Below are positions 53,542-63,519 of a stretch of 64,000 bases of DNA, piece by piece. Both the position numbers and the translations under genes were made by a program. The DNA is from Blastocatellia bacterium. GTDB lineage: Bacteria; Acidobacteriota; Blastocatellia; UBA7656. The stretch lies in contig CAVSKO010000002.1 of assembly GCA_963728545.1 (NCBI GenBank), positions 1,580,477 to 1,644,476 on the forward strand, written 5' to 3'. The notes under the pieces were generated by a model, which was not told the DNA's origin, made no database searches, and saw only the letters and a program-made list of their open reading frames with translations. Each line of letters begins with the position of its first letter. Position 1 is the first letter of the stretch.

Positions 53542-53946
53542 TCACCATCTCGAACCGCCACTGCGGTACCCCCGAACGTATCCCTGCGCGAATGCTTCCC
53601 GAAAGATTCGGCGGTACAGTTCCACGCTCCCTATTTGTCTGCGATAACCCAAGGTCGCTTCTCGGAAGATTTGCTCATCCCTGAAGTTAAAGCCTCTGTG
53701 ATATGACCTATCACGCCTGCCTGCTTGAATGCCTGTTCTGGTGCCAAAGCTTATGGCCCGGCGGCGAACCTCTCCAGGGTTCCGATCCCAGCGGTCATCA
53801 TCGTCGCGGTCGCGATAATTCGCTTGCACGTGTCCACGCCCGTTGTTACGATCAGGGCCAGCAAACGCAAGTGACGAAAAAGCAAATAAGAGAATAATTG
53901 TCAAAAGACTGATTCTTTTGTTCCTTCGATCAAGTAGGTTACTCAT
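53542..53946 (-). CDS. Hypothetical secreted Arg/Asp-rich protein
   Basis: Signal peptide ...SSLAFA|GPDR. Highly charged R/D-rich mature part. Confidence 0.25.
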   Translation of the reverse strand: MSNLLDRRNKRISLLTIILLFAFSSLAFAGPDRNNGRGHVQANYRDRDDDDRWDRNPGEVRRRAISFGTRTGIQAGRRDRSYHRGFNFRDEQIFREATLGYRRQIGSVELYRRIFREAFAQGYVRGYRSGGSRW

Positions 53947-54267
53947 AAGACAACTCCTTTATTCAATCAATAAGCACATAATGGCATCTCTGTGTTGACT
54001 GCCGTTAGTAGCTTCACGCAGAGCTACAGATCAAATGGTATGCCAAATTGATATGCGGGCTAAAGCGAGCATTTTCGTGGGATTTAATCGAAGAGGAATG
54101 GATTGCTTATACTAAAAGGTGCAGCAGTATTCTGGAAGGGGATAGATTCGTAAGGTGCATAGTAGGGTGACACGTGTGCCGGTATGAAGTGAGGTCCCTT
54201 TAATTTCGCCACCCTCAACCGCCGCGAGCTAGGAGCCACGTTTTGTGGTAGAAACTTTCAGGCAGGG

Positions 54268-54498
54268 ATGTGTATCCAACATCATATCTACTGGTGGCAC
54301 AAGAATCCTCTAGAGGCTCACAACTGGCTACAGAAACATATCGGCCAAGAGAGATATGAATACCTATTCAGGCTCCGAGATGCCTACAAAGAAAAGAAAT
54401 GGTTTGAGAAAGATGTGGCCGACCTTATAGCCTTAGCCAAAGCAGACCTTTCAAACTATGACAAGCACTATGAGCCGCATCAGCCACTTTTCAGTTAG
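54268..54498 (+). pseudogene. Fragment of a NinG/Rap-like gene, paralogous to the C-terminus of 9863-10288
   Basis: HHIYWWHKNPLEAHNWL matches HHINWWHKNPLEAHKWN. The gene is N-terminally truncated. Confidence 0.4.
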
Positions 54499-54737
54499 CA
54501 ATCATGGCCGTGACAGATAATCCTGCAACAATCGAAATCGTCCCGGCACTGATCTAAACAAGCAGGATCGCCAGCGCAAGAGTCTCTACAGGCTATGTAG
54601 TTATTAAAACAGACTGTAGCGCAACTGATGGATGGGGTTTCAGCACCTTTGGCAGCATTTCCAGATAAACTCATACTGCCGGCAAACAGAAACATCATTG
54701 CAAGCACAATGATAGTAAGTGAATTTCTTCTTCTCAT
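54495..54737 (-). CDS. Small secreted cysteine-rich peptide, CysB2 (10 Cys)
   Basis: GGAGG RBS in the reverse complement of 54742-54760. Signal peptide MRRRNSLTIIVLAMMFLFAGSMSLSGNAAKGA. Mature part ETPSISCATVCFNNYIACRDSCAGDPACLDQCRDDFDCCRIICHGHDC. Confidence 0.45.
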   Translation of the reverse strand: MRRRNSLTIIVLAMMFLFAGSMSLSGNAAKGAETPSISCATVCFNNYIACRDSCAGDPACLDQCRDDFDCCRIICHGHDC

Positions 54738-54777
54738 CTTTAGCCTCCTATGAACCAGATCTGAGAGCTTTTCCCCG

Positions 54778-55011
54778 TTACTGGCACGTACCACTGCCGT
54801 CGCACATAAATTTGCAGCATTCCCAGTCAACCCAGCACCAGTACTGGCAATTAGGGTCGCCGTTACATTCAATCATGCAGGCGTTGTAACCGTTAGCGCA
54901 GAATTGTGTACAACCAAACGCTTGAGCAGTATTGCCTGTAAAACTGAAGCTGCTTGCAAACAGAAACGTCATTGCCAGGACCATCACAATAAGTAGATTT
55001 CTTCTTTTCAT
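54778..55011 (-). CDS. Small secreted cysteine-rich peptide, CysA2 (10 Cys), tandem paralog of CysB2
   Basis: GGAGGAGG RBS in the reverse complement before the ATG at 55011. Signal peptide MKRRNLLIVMVLAMTFLFASSFSFTGNTAQA. Mature part FGCTQFCANGYNACMIECNGDPNCQYWCWVDWECCKFMCDGSGTCQ. Shared pattern: C..(N/G)Y.AC...C.GDP.C...C.....CC...C. Confidence 0.45.
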   Translation of the reverse strand: MKRRNLLIVMVLAMTFLFASSFSFTGNTAQAFGCTQFCANGYNACMIECNGDPNCQYWCWVDWECCKFMCDGSGTCQ

Positions 55012-55179
55012 TGTAACACCTCCTCCGCAGTTATAAGGTTTGTTCACATTTCATCAGAGGCTATCGGGGATTACAGCAAGGCTTGCGAACCCTTGTAGTG
55101 TAGTCTGTCCAACAGCCAGGGGCAGTACCCGCGCAAACATCCCAGGCCCCGCACGCAACCGTCATAGATGCATCTTTGA

Positions 55180-55446
55180 TTACAACGAACAAGGTTCGGT
55201 ATAAACTATCTTCCAGACAGTGATACACCCGCCCCCGGCTTGCTGCCCTCGACAGCCTACGTATCTATAACCACACTGCACCGTGTATGTGTTATCAGTG
55301 TAGTAGTACGTTTCAGTAATTACACTATTAGCAAGGGTCTTAGAGGTGGGAACTGAGAGCGCAATCATTGAAAAGAAGACCATTGCTATTGCAAAGCACG
55401 TTATCAGAAATCGGTTCTTCAGGATTCTTCCGAATGGCTTGAACAT
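55180..55446 (-). CDS. Small secreted Tyr/Cys-rich peptide, YYTD family paralog 3
   Basis: Signal/TM N-terminus ...ALSVPTSKTLA. Core NSVITETYYYTDNTYTVQCGYRYVGCRGQQAGGGCITVWKIVYTEPCSL. Confidence 0.45.
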   Translation of the reverse strand: MFKPFGRILKNRFLITCFAIAMVFFSMIALSVPTSKTLANSVITETYYYTDNTYTVQCGYRYVGCRGQQAGGGCITVWKIVYTEPCSL

Positions 55447-55823
55447 ACCAAGTCTCCTCTCATGTGGATTAGTTTTAAACCACTTCGCAATAATCGGGAC
55501 ATTGCGAAGCAGCTAACGTGATGGAGGCTACTTTAAATCAAAATCAATTCAATGTAAAGCAAACCACAATATGCTCAGCCTGATTAAAAGTTATAGCAGG
55601 TAGGATTTCAGCATATGAATCTTGGTTAAAGAGGCACGATGCCGCAGGCCCACAGCGCCTCGTTCAGCGTCCTGTCGCGCAGGAGAAGGCCTGTCTATCG
55701 CCTGCCCATAGCTCCGTGTGAATCGTTTGGGGTTACAGGTCAAACTCTTGTCATTGCTCCCGGCTGCAAGAGCAAACAGTGGGAGCCATCGAAGCAGAGC
55801 TTCGGATTCTTCTCGGGCACTAT

Positions 55824-57122
55824 TCATAATGCTAATGCGCGCGCCTGGCAAACCTCTTGAATCGCCAGTAGCAGCTTGTCCATCTGCGCCGCCTGGTCCT
55901 CATATCTTGCCAGGTAGCCTTCATTTTGCTCTACAAGAGGGCGGAAGCGGGCCGGTTGTTCCAGGTAATTGCTCAGCGCTTGAAAGACCGCTGCCGCATC
56001 ATCGTGTTGGACGAGAAGGCACCCGAACCCATTCGACCGCATCTCGCGGTACTCGGAGGTGTCGCTTATGACCGGCAACCCGCCAGAGGCTGCCGCCTGC
56101 AAGACGCTGGATGATCGCATATCGGCCATTCCGTTGAGCGAGACGAATGCGTCTGAAATCAACATCGCGTCTGCGCAATCGCTCAGCGCGATTTCTCCTC
56201 GCAGTAAGGCGAAGCGCGGCAACAGTCCATGCTCGTCAAGCAGTGCGTGCGCCTTCGACAGGTGGGGCTCCCCGCTTTCACCCCCAATCAGGATGAAGTG
56301 TGTATCCCTGTATTTCTTCGCAACCTCGATGAACGCTAACAGCGCGACGAAACACCCCCACTCCGGCTCGAATCTGCGGGCGTTCAGGAGGATGGTGGCA
56401 TGCGGATTGATGCCCCACCTCTCGCAAATCGCATGTCGGCGCCGCTCGCCGGCCCGCACAAATCGCCCCAGGTTGACGCCCCAAGAGATGGCTTTCACTT
56501 TAGAGTCGTCCACGCCGTACTGTTGAGAAATGAAACGCGCCGCTGCGCTTGAAGATGGCACCACCAGATCGACTGCATTGAGCGCGTAACGGGTCAAAGC
56601 TCGCATTACGGGAGACGTTTCCGCGTACAAATAAATGTCCGCGCCCCACGGGAAGAGTATTCGCGGAATGTTTCGGCACAGGGCCGTAGCGACTCCGTAG
56701 GTGTTCACTTCGTGCCCGAATACGAAGGCAGGCCGCAAAGAGTAGACCGTTCGCACCAGAGGCCGGGCGTTCAACACATGATAAACAAACCGCGGGTAGT
56801 ACAGATTCTCCAATGCCTCGCGGCCAAACCTGCGTGCGTACTGGGCCTGGTGTCGCCGGACGTAACGCCCCTCGGCCTTGTATAGTAACGGGCCCGCGGC
56901 GTTGATGAACCAGGTTTCAAAGCGGGTTTGATGATCCGTCGAGCGCCGGATGGGCGTCCCCGCCGAGGTCTCCGCATCCTGGCCCGGGCGGCGCGTTACG
57001 ATATAAGTCTCAAGCCCCCTTCGCCGCCACTGCTCGGCCAATTGCCGGGGGAACAAGATCGTAGGCTCGCCCAGCATAGCCGCGCGCCCTGCCTTGCAAA
57101 CGTATCGGTCAGTGGCAGACAT
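55824..57122 (-). CDS. Glycosyltransferase family 1 (GT4-like)
   Basis: C-terminal GT-B motifs (..ISDAFVSLNGMADMRSSSVLQAAASGGLPVISDTSEY..); 432 aa. Confidence 0.55.
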   Translation of the reverse strand: MSATDRYVCKAGRAAMLGEPTILFPRQLAEQWRRRGLETYIVTRRPGQDAETSAGTPIRRSTDHQTRFETWFINAAGPLLYKAEGRYVRRHQAQYARRFGREALENLYYPRFVYHVLNARPLVRTVYSLRPAFVFGHEVNTYGVATALCRNIPRILFPWGADIYLYAETSPVMRALTRYALNAVDLVVPSSSAAARFISQQYGVDDSKVKAISWGVNLGRFVRAGERRRHAICERWGINPHATILLNARRFEPEWGCFVALLAFIEVAKKYRDTHFILIGGESGEPHLSKAHALLDEHGLLPRFALLRGEIALSDCADAMLISDAFVSLNGMADMRSSSVLQAAASGGLPVISDTSEYREMRSNGFGCLLVQHDDAAAVFQALSNYLEQPARFRPLVEQNEGYLARYEDQAAQMDKLLLAIQEVCQARALAL

Positions 57123-57212
57123 TTGGCGTCACCTCAGAAAAATGCTGACAAGATTAAAAACAAGCGACTGGCTCGCGCCACGCTCGCTTCAGGTGCCGCT
57201 CGGGAGCACGGC

Positions 57213-58097
57213 CTACGCGCCACTCAAAGAGGCCAGGTCGGGGAAACACTTCCCCGTGTGTCTCGATATTGAAGCGAACGTAGACCCCATGCTCCCAAAG
57301 ACAATCTGAAATCTAGACATGGCCAGAAGGTCTATCATTGCATCGATCAAGCAGTCCAACGATCTGACGCACATCTTCAAATCCGGCCACACATCGTCGG
57401 CGGAGTCGAAGCAAATAGGCCGCGAGCAGGCCCTCGTATGTATTCGACTTCCATACGTGCTAACAGCCATTTCCGTCCGGTAGTTAGAATCCGAAAACCA
57501 CGCCACGGGCCCGTCGTGCCCCTGTAAGAATTGCACAAACGAATGCCAGCGGTCGTAGCACGCGTCGCTGTCTCTGAAATGTGCAGCATACTCCACGCCC
57601 TGAGACTTAATTCTTGCCGCGTAGCTTGATGCCTCATCTACGATCTCTGGCCGAATTTTTGGAATGCTCGTCTGAGCCTCCGCTGAAACCATACCGGTCA
57701 AAGTATAGTTGCTGTAAATAACCGGCAATCTTTCGAGCAGCTCTGCCACGTCCGAAAGCCGAGCCTCGTTCTCATTCAAGAACACGGACATTCTCGGCGC
57801 AACGTAATCATCATTGAACCCTTCTTGGCCGGGGGCGACGATGGCGAAGGGGCCGGGCGCCGTTTGCTCTGTGAGTGTCCCCGCGTGGTTCGAGTGGCCA
57901 TACCCGATCCTGTTCTCAACGACCTGGTAGGCGGGGGCGGAAAAAAGGGCCGTGAACGCGGCCTCAAACCACCGATGACGGACGTTCCATATCAGCGTCG
58001 GGCAACCCCCCAACGCCCGCGCGACGGCGATGCCGGCGAAGAGGGCGCCGAGCCGGTTGCCGAGACCCCCTTCGCAGTAGATGTAAAAAGTATTCAT
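57213..58097 (-). CDS. Putative GT11-like glycosyltransferase (alpha-1,2-fucosyltransferase-like)
   Basis: N-terminal FYIYCEGGLGNRLGALFAGIAVARALG resembles the GT11 GGLGNQ(M/L)F motif. Weak. Confidence 0.3.
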   Translation of the reverse strand: MNTFYIYCEGGLGNRLGALFAGIAVARALGGCPTLIWNVRHRWFEAAFTALFSAPAYQVVENRIGYGHSNHAGTLTEQTAPGPFAIVAPGQEGFNDDYVAPRMSVFLNENEARLSDVAELLERLPVIYSNYTLTGMVSAEAQTSIPKIRPEIVDEASSYAARIKSQGVEYAAHFRDSDACYDRWHSFVQFLQGHDGPVAWFSDSNYRTEMAVSTYGSRIHTRACSRPICFDSADDVWPDLKMCVRSLDCLIDAMIDLLAMSRFQIVFGSMGSTFASISRHTGKCFPDLASLSGA

Positions 58098-58127
58098 AGG
58101 CGATACGCCTCCCAAGCCTTCAAAGGA

Positions 58128-59840
58128 TCACTTATCGATGACGAAGTCACCGAGCGCCAGCGCATCGAGCCCGCTGGAATAAAAGGTCCTTATCGCGTCA
58201 GTCGGTGTACAGACGATGGGTTCCCCGTTGAGATTGAATGAGGTGTTTACCACCACGGGGACTCCGGTGATCCGGTCGAACTCCGCGATCAGCCGAAAGA
58301 AGCGCGGGCTGCCTTTTTCTTCGACGGTTTGCAGCCGCCCGCTCCCATCGACATGAATGGCTGCGGGGATCAGCGACCGCTTCTCGGGCCTCACCATATA
58401 AACACGTTCCATGAATGGGACATCCGGCGTGCCGACCACCTCGAAGAACTCTTCCACGCGAGAGCGCAGGATGGCTGGCGCGAAGGGCCGGAATGATTCG
58501 CGATTCTTGACCGAGGCGTTTAGCCTATCTTTCATCTCGGCCTGACGCGGGTCGGCCAGTATCGAACGGTTGCCCAAAGCGCGTTGTCCGAACTCCATTC
58601 GGCCTTGGAACCAGCCTATGATCTTGCCCTGGGCGATGAGGCCGGCAGCGTAGGCCGACACGTCTTCCACACGCCTGTGGCGGATTTTGTATCGCTCCAG
58701 GGTTTGCTTTATCTCTTCATCCGAGAAGGCCGGCCCGTGGAAATTGTGTTGCATGACGTCACGATTCTCTCCGCCTGCCATCTCATGATAAACATGCAGT
58801 GCGGCGCCGATTGACACGCCGCTATCGTCCGGGCACGGGGGGATGAATACCTCTTTGAAAGGCGTCAGCGCGGTGATCTTACCGTTAAACACCGAGTTCA
58901 TAAACGTGCCGCCCGATACCACGAGCCTGCGCTCGCCCGTCCGCTCGTGCAGGTGGTTGAGTACGTAGGCCAATGCTTCCTCTGTGACCAGTTGCAGCGC
59001 ATCGGCGATCTGGTAGTGCCGCTCCTCGAACGGTTCATCCTTCTTCCTGGGCGGGCCGAACTCCTCGACGAAGCGGTCGCTGTACCAGCGGCCAAAATCA
59101 TGCATGTAGTGAGTGAAGTAATTAAGGTTCAGCTCGAAACTCCCGCCGGGCCGGAACTCTATCAGCCGCCGAAGCCCCTCGTAGTATGGGTTGGGCCTGC
59201 CCGAGTTGAACGCGCCGAGCGCCATGACCTTCCATTCGTCGCAATCGCGCGCAAAGCCCAGGAATTGCGTCACAGCGCCGTAGAAGTGGCCCAGCGAATG
59301 AGGGGCGAGCTGACGCTGAAGCTCAGTAATTTTATTCCCTTCGGCCAGGCTTAGCGTAACGGTATTTTCTTCCCCCATCCCATCACAGGTCATGACGGCG
59401 GCCCGCTGAAAGGGCGAGAGGAAGTAAAGAGCGGCGTGCGACCGGTGATGATCAACGTAGACGACCCTGGCCTCTGCGTTTTGTGTGATGAAATGCTGGG
59501 TCACCTGGTGAACTCTTTGGTCGCCTTGCATAGAAAGCAGGAAGTTTGGGATCGCGTAAAGCTGCTCGGCCCGCCACCGAGTTACGGAAGAGAAGCGCGG
59601 GTTGAGGTGGTTGGCATGCACGCCCGGGTTCCACCCAACTGCGATGTAATCAACCTCGGCGAGATTGCAGTCTGCCTGCTCCAAGCAGTACCGGATCGCT
59701 CGGCGGGGGAATTCTTTAGTCAGCTTGACCCGGCTGAGCCGCTCTTCCGGGCAGGCGGCCAGTATCTTTCCGTCTTCGATCAGGCAGGCGCTGGTGATAT
59801 AAACGTCGAAAGATATCCCGAGTACGCGCAAGTGGTTCAT
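58128..59840 (-). CDS. Carbamoyltransferase (NodU/CmcH family)
   Basis: N-terminal LRVLGISFDVYITSACLIEDGKILAACPEERLSRVK is typical of NodU/CmcH; 570 aa. Confidence 0.8.
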   Translation of the reverse strand: MNHLRVLGISFDVYITSACLIEDGKILAACPEERLSRVKLTKEFPRRAIRYCLEQADCNLAEVDYIAVGWNPGVHANHLNPRFSSVTRWRAEQLYAIPNFLLSMQGDQRVHQVTQHFITQNAEARVVYVDHHRSHAALYFLSPFQRAAVMTCDGMGEENTVTLSLAEGNKITELQRQLAPHSLGHFYGAVTQFLGFARDCDEWKVMALGAFNSGRPNPYYEGLRRLIEFRPGGSFELNLNYFTHYMHDFGRWYSDRFVEEFGPPRKKDEPFEERHYQIADALQLVTEEALAYVLNHLHERTGERRLVVSGGTFMNSVFNGKITALTPFKEVFIPPCPDDSGVSIGAALHVYHEMAGGENRDVMQHNFHGPAFSDEEIKQTLERYKIRHRRVEDVSAYAAGLIAQGKIIGWFQGRMEFGQRALGNRSILADPRQAEMKDRLNASVKNRESFRPFAPAILRSRVEEFFEVVGTPDVPFMERVYMVRPEKRSLIPAAIHVDGSGRLQTVEEKGSPRFFRLIAEFDRITGVPVVVNTSFNLNGEPIVCTPTDAIRTFYSSGLDALALGDFVIDK

Positions 59841-59847
59841 TGGTCTT

Positions 59848-61071
59848 TCACTCCGAAGTTGAACTCTCGGCCAGGCCCGCCATTCTATGCCTGATTTCTA
59901 CGCCGTGAACGGCGACCAGCCGAATGATATTGCAAATCCGACGGATCTCATCCTCTGTGACTGTCGTGCCGGTCGGCAGCGCCACGACCTGGCGGGCGAC
60001 CTTCTCTGTCTTGGGGACCAGCAGACCTGCGTGCGGGTAGTACGACCTGTAAGGCTCCATGCGATGACAGCCGGGGTAGAAGTACCTGCGGGCGAGGACA
60101 TTCTCCGCGTGAAGCACCTTGATGAGGTCGTCGCGGTCGATGCCGAAGCTCGCCCAGTTGACGCGCAGGATAATGTACTGGTAGTTGCACCGCTCCGAAT
60201 CCGGGTAACTCATCAGCCCTATGCCGGGGATGCCTTCCATCTGACTGCGGTAGCTCTCATAATTGCGGCGGCCCGCTTCTACGAACTTGGCCAGGCTGTC
60301 GAGGCCGGTCAGTCCCATCGCGGCGGCAACTTCACTCATCTTGCCGTTGGTCCCGATGTAGATCACATTGTCGTAATCTGAGAATCCGAAATTTCTCATC
60401 AAGCGGATCTTTTCTGCCAGTTCGTCACTGTTGGTCGTCACCGCCCCGCCTTCGAAGGTGTTGAAGAACTTCGTGGCGTGGAAGCTGAATACTTCGGCCT
60501 CGCCGAACCCCCCGACCATCCTCCCCTTGTAGGAGCAGCCGAACGCGTGCGCCGCGTCGAACAGCACTTTCAAGCCGTGATTGTTAGCGACCTCTGACAG
60601 CGCGTCAATGTCACACGGCCTGCCCCACAGGTGCACGCCGATCACTCCGGTCGTGCGTGGCGTGATCATTTTCTCGACGCTCGCGGGGTCGGCTGTGTAG
60701 GTCTCCGGGTTGATGTCGCAGAAAATGGGCGTGATCCCTTGCCACTGTAACGCATGTGCGGTGGCTACAAACGTGAAGGAGGGGACGATCACCTCGCCTT
60801 GCAGGTCGAGGGCGCGGGTGGCGATTTCCAGCGCTATTGTGCCGTTGCACACGGCTACGCAGTGCTTGACGCGGGCGAAATCTTCTATTCGTCGTTCGAA
60901 CTCCTGTACGAAGGGGCCGTTGTTGGTCAGCCAGTTGCGGTCGAGCAGGTTCTCCGATCCGCTCCAGCAGTCGGTCGCGGTCGCCTATGTTTGGGCGGCC
61001 CACGTGCAGCGGGGTGGCGAACTCAGGGGGGCCGCCGAAAATGGCCAGGCTCGAAACGTCCTGCTTCATTG
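59848..61071 (-). CDS. DegT/DnrJ/EryC1/StrS-family PLP-dependent sugar aminotransferase. The 5' end carries a frameshift near 60955-60975.
   Basis: FHATKFFNTFEGGAVTTN (PLP-binding Lys). The N-terminal approx. 35 codons (MKQDVSSLAIFGGPPEFATPLHVGRPNIGDRDRLLERI...) are in another frame (60611-61168 ORF) and join to ...NLLDRNWLTNNGPFVQEFE...CNGTIALE after a 1-nt shift. Confidence 0.65.
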
Positions 61072-62246
61072 CCCCTCCAGCTCGGCGTCGCCTGCAAGCA
61101 GCCAATCGGGTGGTTCGATTGCGCCGGGCCCGGGGCGATGGGTAGTCAACAGTGTCTTGCGCCTGCACCGCTCGAATAGCTTCGCGTAAGCCGAGGCCAT
61201 TCTCTCGACGGAGTACGGCCCTTTGGCTATTGTGAGATACGCCTCCCGGCCTACGCGGCGGAGGAGGTCGCCGTCCGTAGCCAGGTTGACGAGCGTGTCG
61301 ACGAATCCTGAAATGTCCCCCACAGTGACACGGAATCCGTTTTCCCCCCGCCGGATGAGTCCCGGGATTCCGCTCTGGACATCAGAAACTACCGGCACAC
61401 ACCCGCGCGCCATTGCTTCAAGTAGGGCCAGCGGTAGACCTTCGTAATTTGATGTCAGTAGGATTACGTCGCCCGCGTACATGGCGTTATGCACGGCGTC
61501 GTTGGTCACGATCCCATGCATTGCCGCCTGTCCTTGCTTCAAGAACGTGGCAAGCCTCGCGCGCAAAGCGGTCGCCTCTGCCCCTCCACCATACAGCGCG
61601 ATGTGGAAATCGATCCCGCGCCGGCTCAGGCCTTCGGCGATCAGGGGGATGTCGTGTACGCGCTTCTGCCCTTGCTCCAGCCGGCCGGCGTAGATGATTC
61701 GCAGCGTTCGTGAGACGCGCTTTTTCGGGGCTCTTCGGGTGCCGAAACGCCGTACGCAATCGTAGTAACACGGTCAGCGAGACAAGGGAACCGCTTACGA
61801 ATAGTGTCGGAGATGTAATCATCCACGCCCACGGTCACATTAAAGTATTCGCCAAGCCTGCCGATGTGTTCGTAGTGCTCGGAGTCATCACTGTGGGCCA
61901 CGCCTATGACCGTCACGCCCGGCGAGAGCGCCGCGCTGATGCAGGAGTAAGAGTAATCATGATTAGGAATGTACACGCAGGGGGCGTGTTCTTCCAGCAT
62001 GCTTATAATGCGCTTCCAGCGGCCCGACCAGGTTGAGCCCGGGTCCGATTCACACTGCCAGATGGGCACATCTGGCGACTGCGGGAGCGGCTTCAGATCA
62101 GGGCGCGAGTTAGTAACCAGCAGGCGCGCGTCCCATCCCAGGGCGCGCAGACCCCGGGCGAGGTTCACGGCAAAAACGCTCACGCCATTCAAACTTAAAT
62201 TCGGCAGCCCGATGAAAACCGGCTCACTCATATTCGCACCAGCCAC
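61066..62246 (-). CDS. Glycosyltransferase family 1, split by a frameshift near 61725-61745
   Basis: The N-part 62246->61641 and the C-part 61566->61066 (EGLPLALLEAMARGCVPVVSD) are joined by a third frame reading TRRAPKKRVSRTLRIIYAGRLEQGQKRVHDIPLIAEGLSRRGIDFHIALYGGGAEATALR. The shift lies in a TTTTTCGGGG run. Confidence 0.55.
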
Positions 62247-62312
62247 TGAGGCTACACGGCTCGGAGTTATTCGGTCGCGCTATCGAGTCAAGCCCGAAGC
62301 GACGCCCTTACT

Positions 62313-63404
62313 TCAAAACAGCGGCCTGCCCGGCAGCGGGCGAGGCAGCCAGCTCTTCTGCGGGTGTCTGGCGGCAGCCCGTGCGACCATTTGTATTGCC
62401 TCTTCGTACTGCGGGCCGCACACGTCGGCGGAGAAGCTCCTGACGATCCGCTCTCTACAAGTTTCACTTTTCTGATGAAGCGCCTGCCTATCTACGACCA
62501 GCTCGCTCAGAATTGCTCGAAACCCTTCGATGTCCCTGACATCGACCACGTACCCGTCACTGTCATCCACCACGTCCGTCACTCCGCTGCGGACCCGGCT
62601 TACGACTGGGACACAGCCGAACGACATCGCCTCGAGCAAGCTGAGCGGAAGCCCCTCGTAGTCGCTCGGGAGAATGAACACGTCCGACAGAGCGTATAGG
62701 CTCTCGACCTCGGGCCGGCCGAGCAGGCCATGATAAATGTGCTCGACGCCAGCCGCCCTCAATCCCGAAACTAACAGGTCCGCCTCCTCTCCCCGGCCGG
62801 CGAAATGAAATTCGAGGTTGGGGATTCCGCGAAGGATCTCAGGCAGATCGAGGACTTGCTTTGCTTCCTGGACCAGTCGTCCTGTGTATAGTACGTTCAG
62901 CTTCCCGCGATAAGACCTCAACCGCGCCGCCGCAGGGTTGATGTGGACGAAGTTCGGTATGTAATAGCCCGGGCAAAGGGCTTGTGGCAGTAGCTGCTCT
63001 TTTAAGAAGCCGCTTACGAAAATAAATGCGTCTGCGAGCCCATTCACGTGCCGGAGTTTTTCATACCAGCTCTGGTGATCTGAGTGAATGATCTGAAGCA
63101 CCTTCGTTCCCCTCGGGAACCGGTGCATGTAGATATACTCGTAGGCGCTGAATCCAGGTATAAAGACTGCCGGCGCCCAGTCGTTGATGATCTCGTACAG
63201 GCGGAGTGCTTTGAATAAAGGACGGCCCGAAACAACCGCGCATTTGACGCCGAGCCGCTCGAACTCAGAAATGTAATAGCCCCTTTCGTCGCCGACCACC
63301 AAGATTTGGTAGCCGCCACGCGCGACCAGGAACTTGACCAAATTGTATGTAGCTGTCACGACGCCGCTCAGGCCGAAGTGCGACGCCGATATTAGCAATC
63401 TCAT
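62313..63404 (-). CDS. Glycosyltransferase family 1
   Basis: EGLPLSLLEAMSFGCVPVVSRVRSG and GT-B fold features. Confidence 0.65.
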   Translation of the reverse strand: MRLLISASHFGLSGVVTATYNLVKFLVARGGYQILVVGDERGYYISEFERLGVKCAVVSGRPLFKALRLYEIINDWAPAVFIPGFSAYEYIYMHRFPRGTKVLQIIHSDHQSWYEKLRHVNGLADAFIFVSGFLKEQLLPQALCPGYYIPNFVHINPAAARLRSYRGKLNVLYTGRLVQEAKQVLDLPEILRGIPNLEFHFAGRGEEADLLVSGLRAAGVEHIYHGLLGRPEVESLYALSDVFILPSDYEGLPLSLLEAMSFGCVPVVSRVRSGVTDVVDDSDGYVVDVRDIEGFRAILSELVVDRQALHQKSETCRERIVRSFSADVCGPQYEEAIQMVARAAARHPQKSWLPRPLPGRPLF

Positions 63405-63519
63405 CAGTCTTATTCTTCTCCTGTACGGGAAGCCTCACCCTATCCCCAGGGGTCTGTTAGGCCAAGTCAGCAACTGCTTCACGCTCGACCCGCTATCGCG
63501 TGGTTGTAAAAACTGCGTA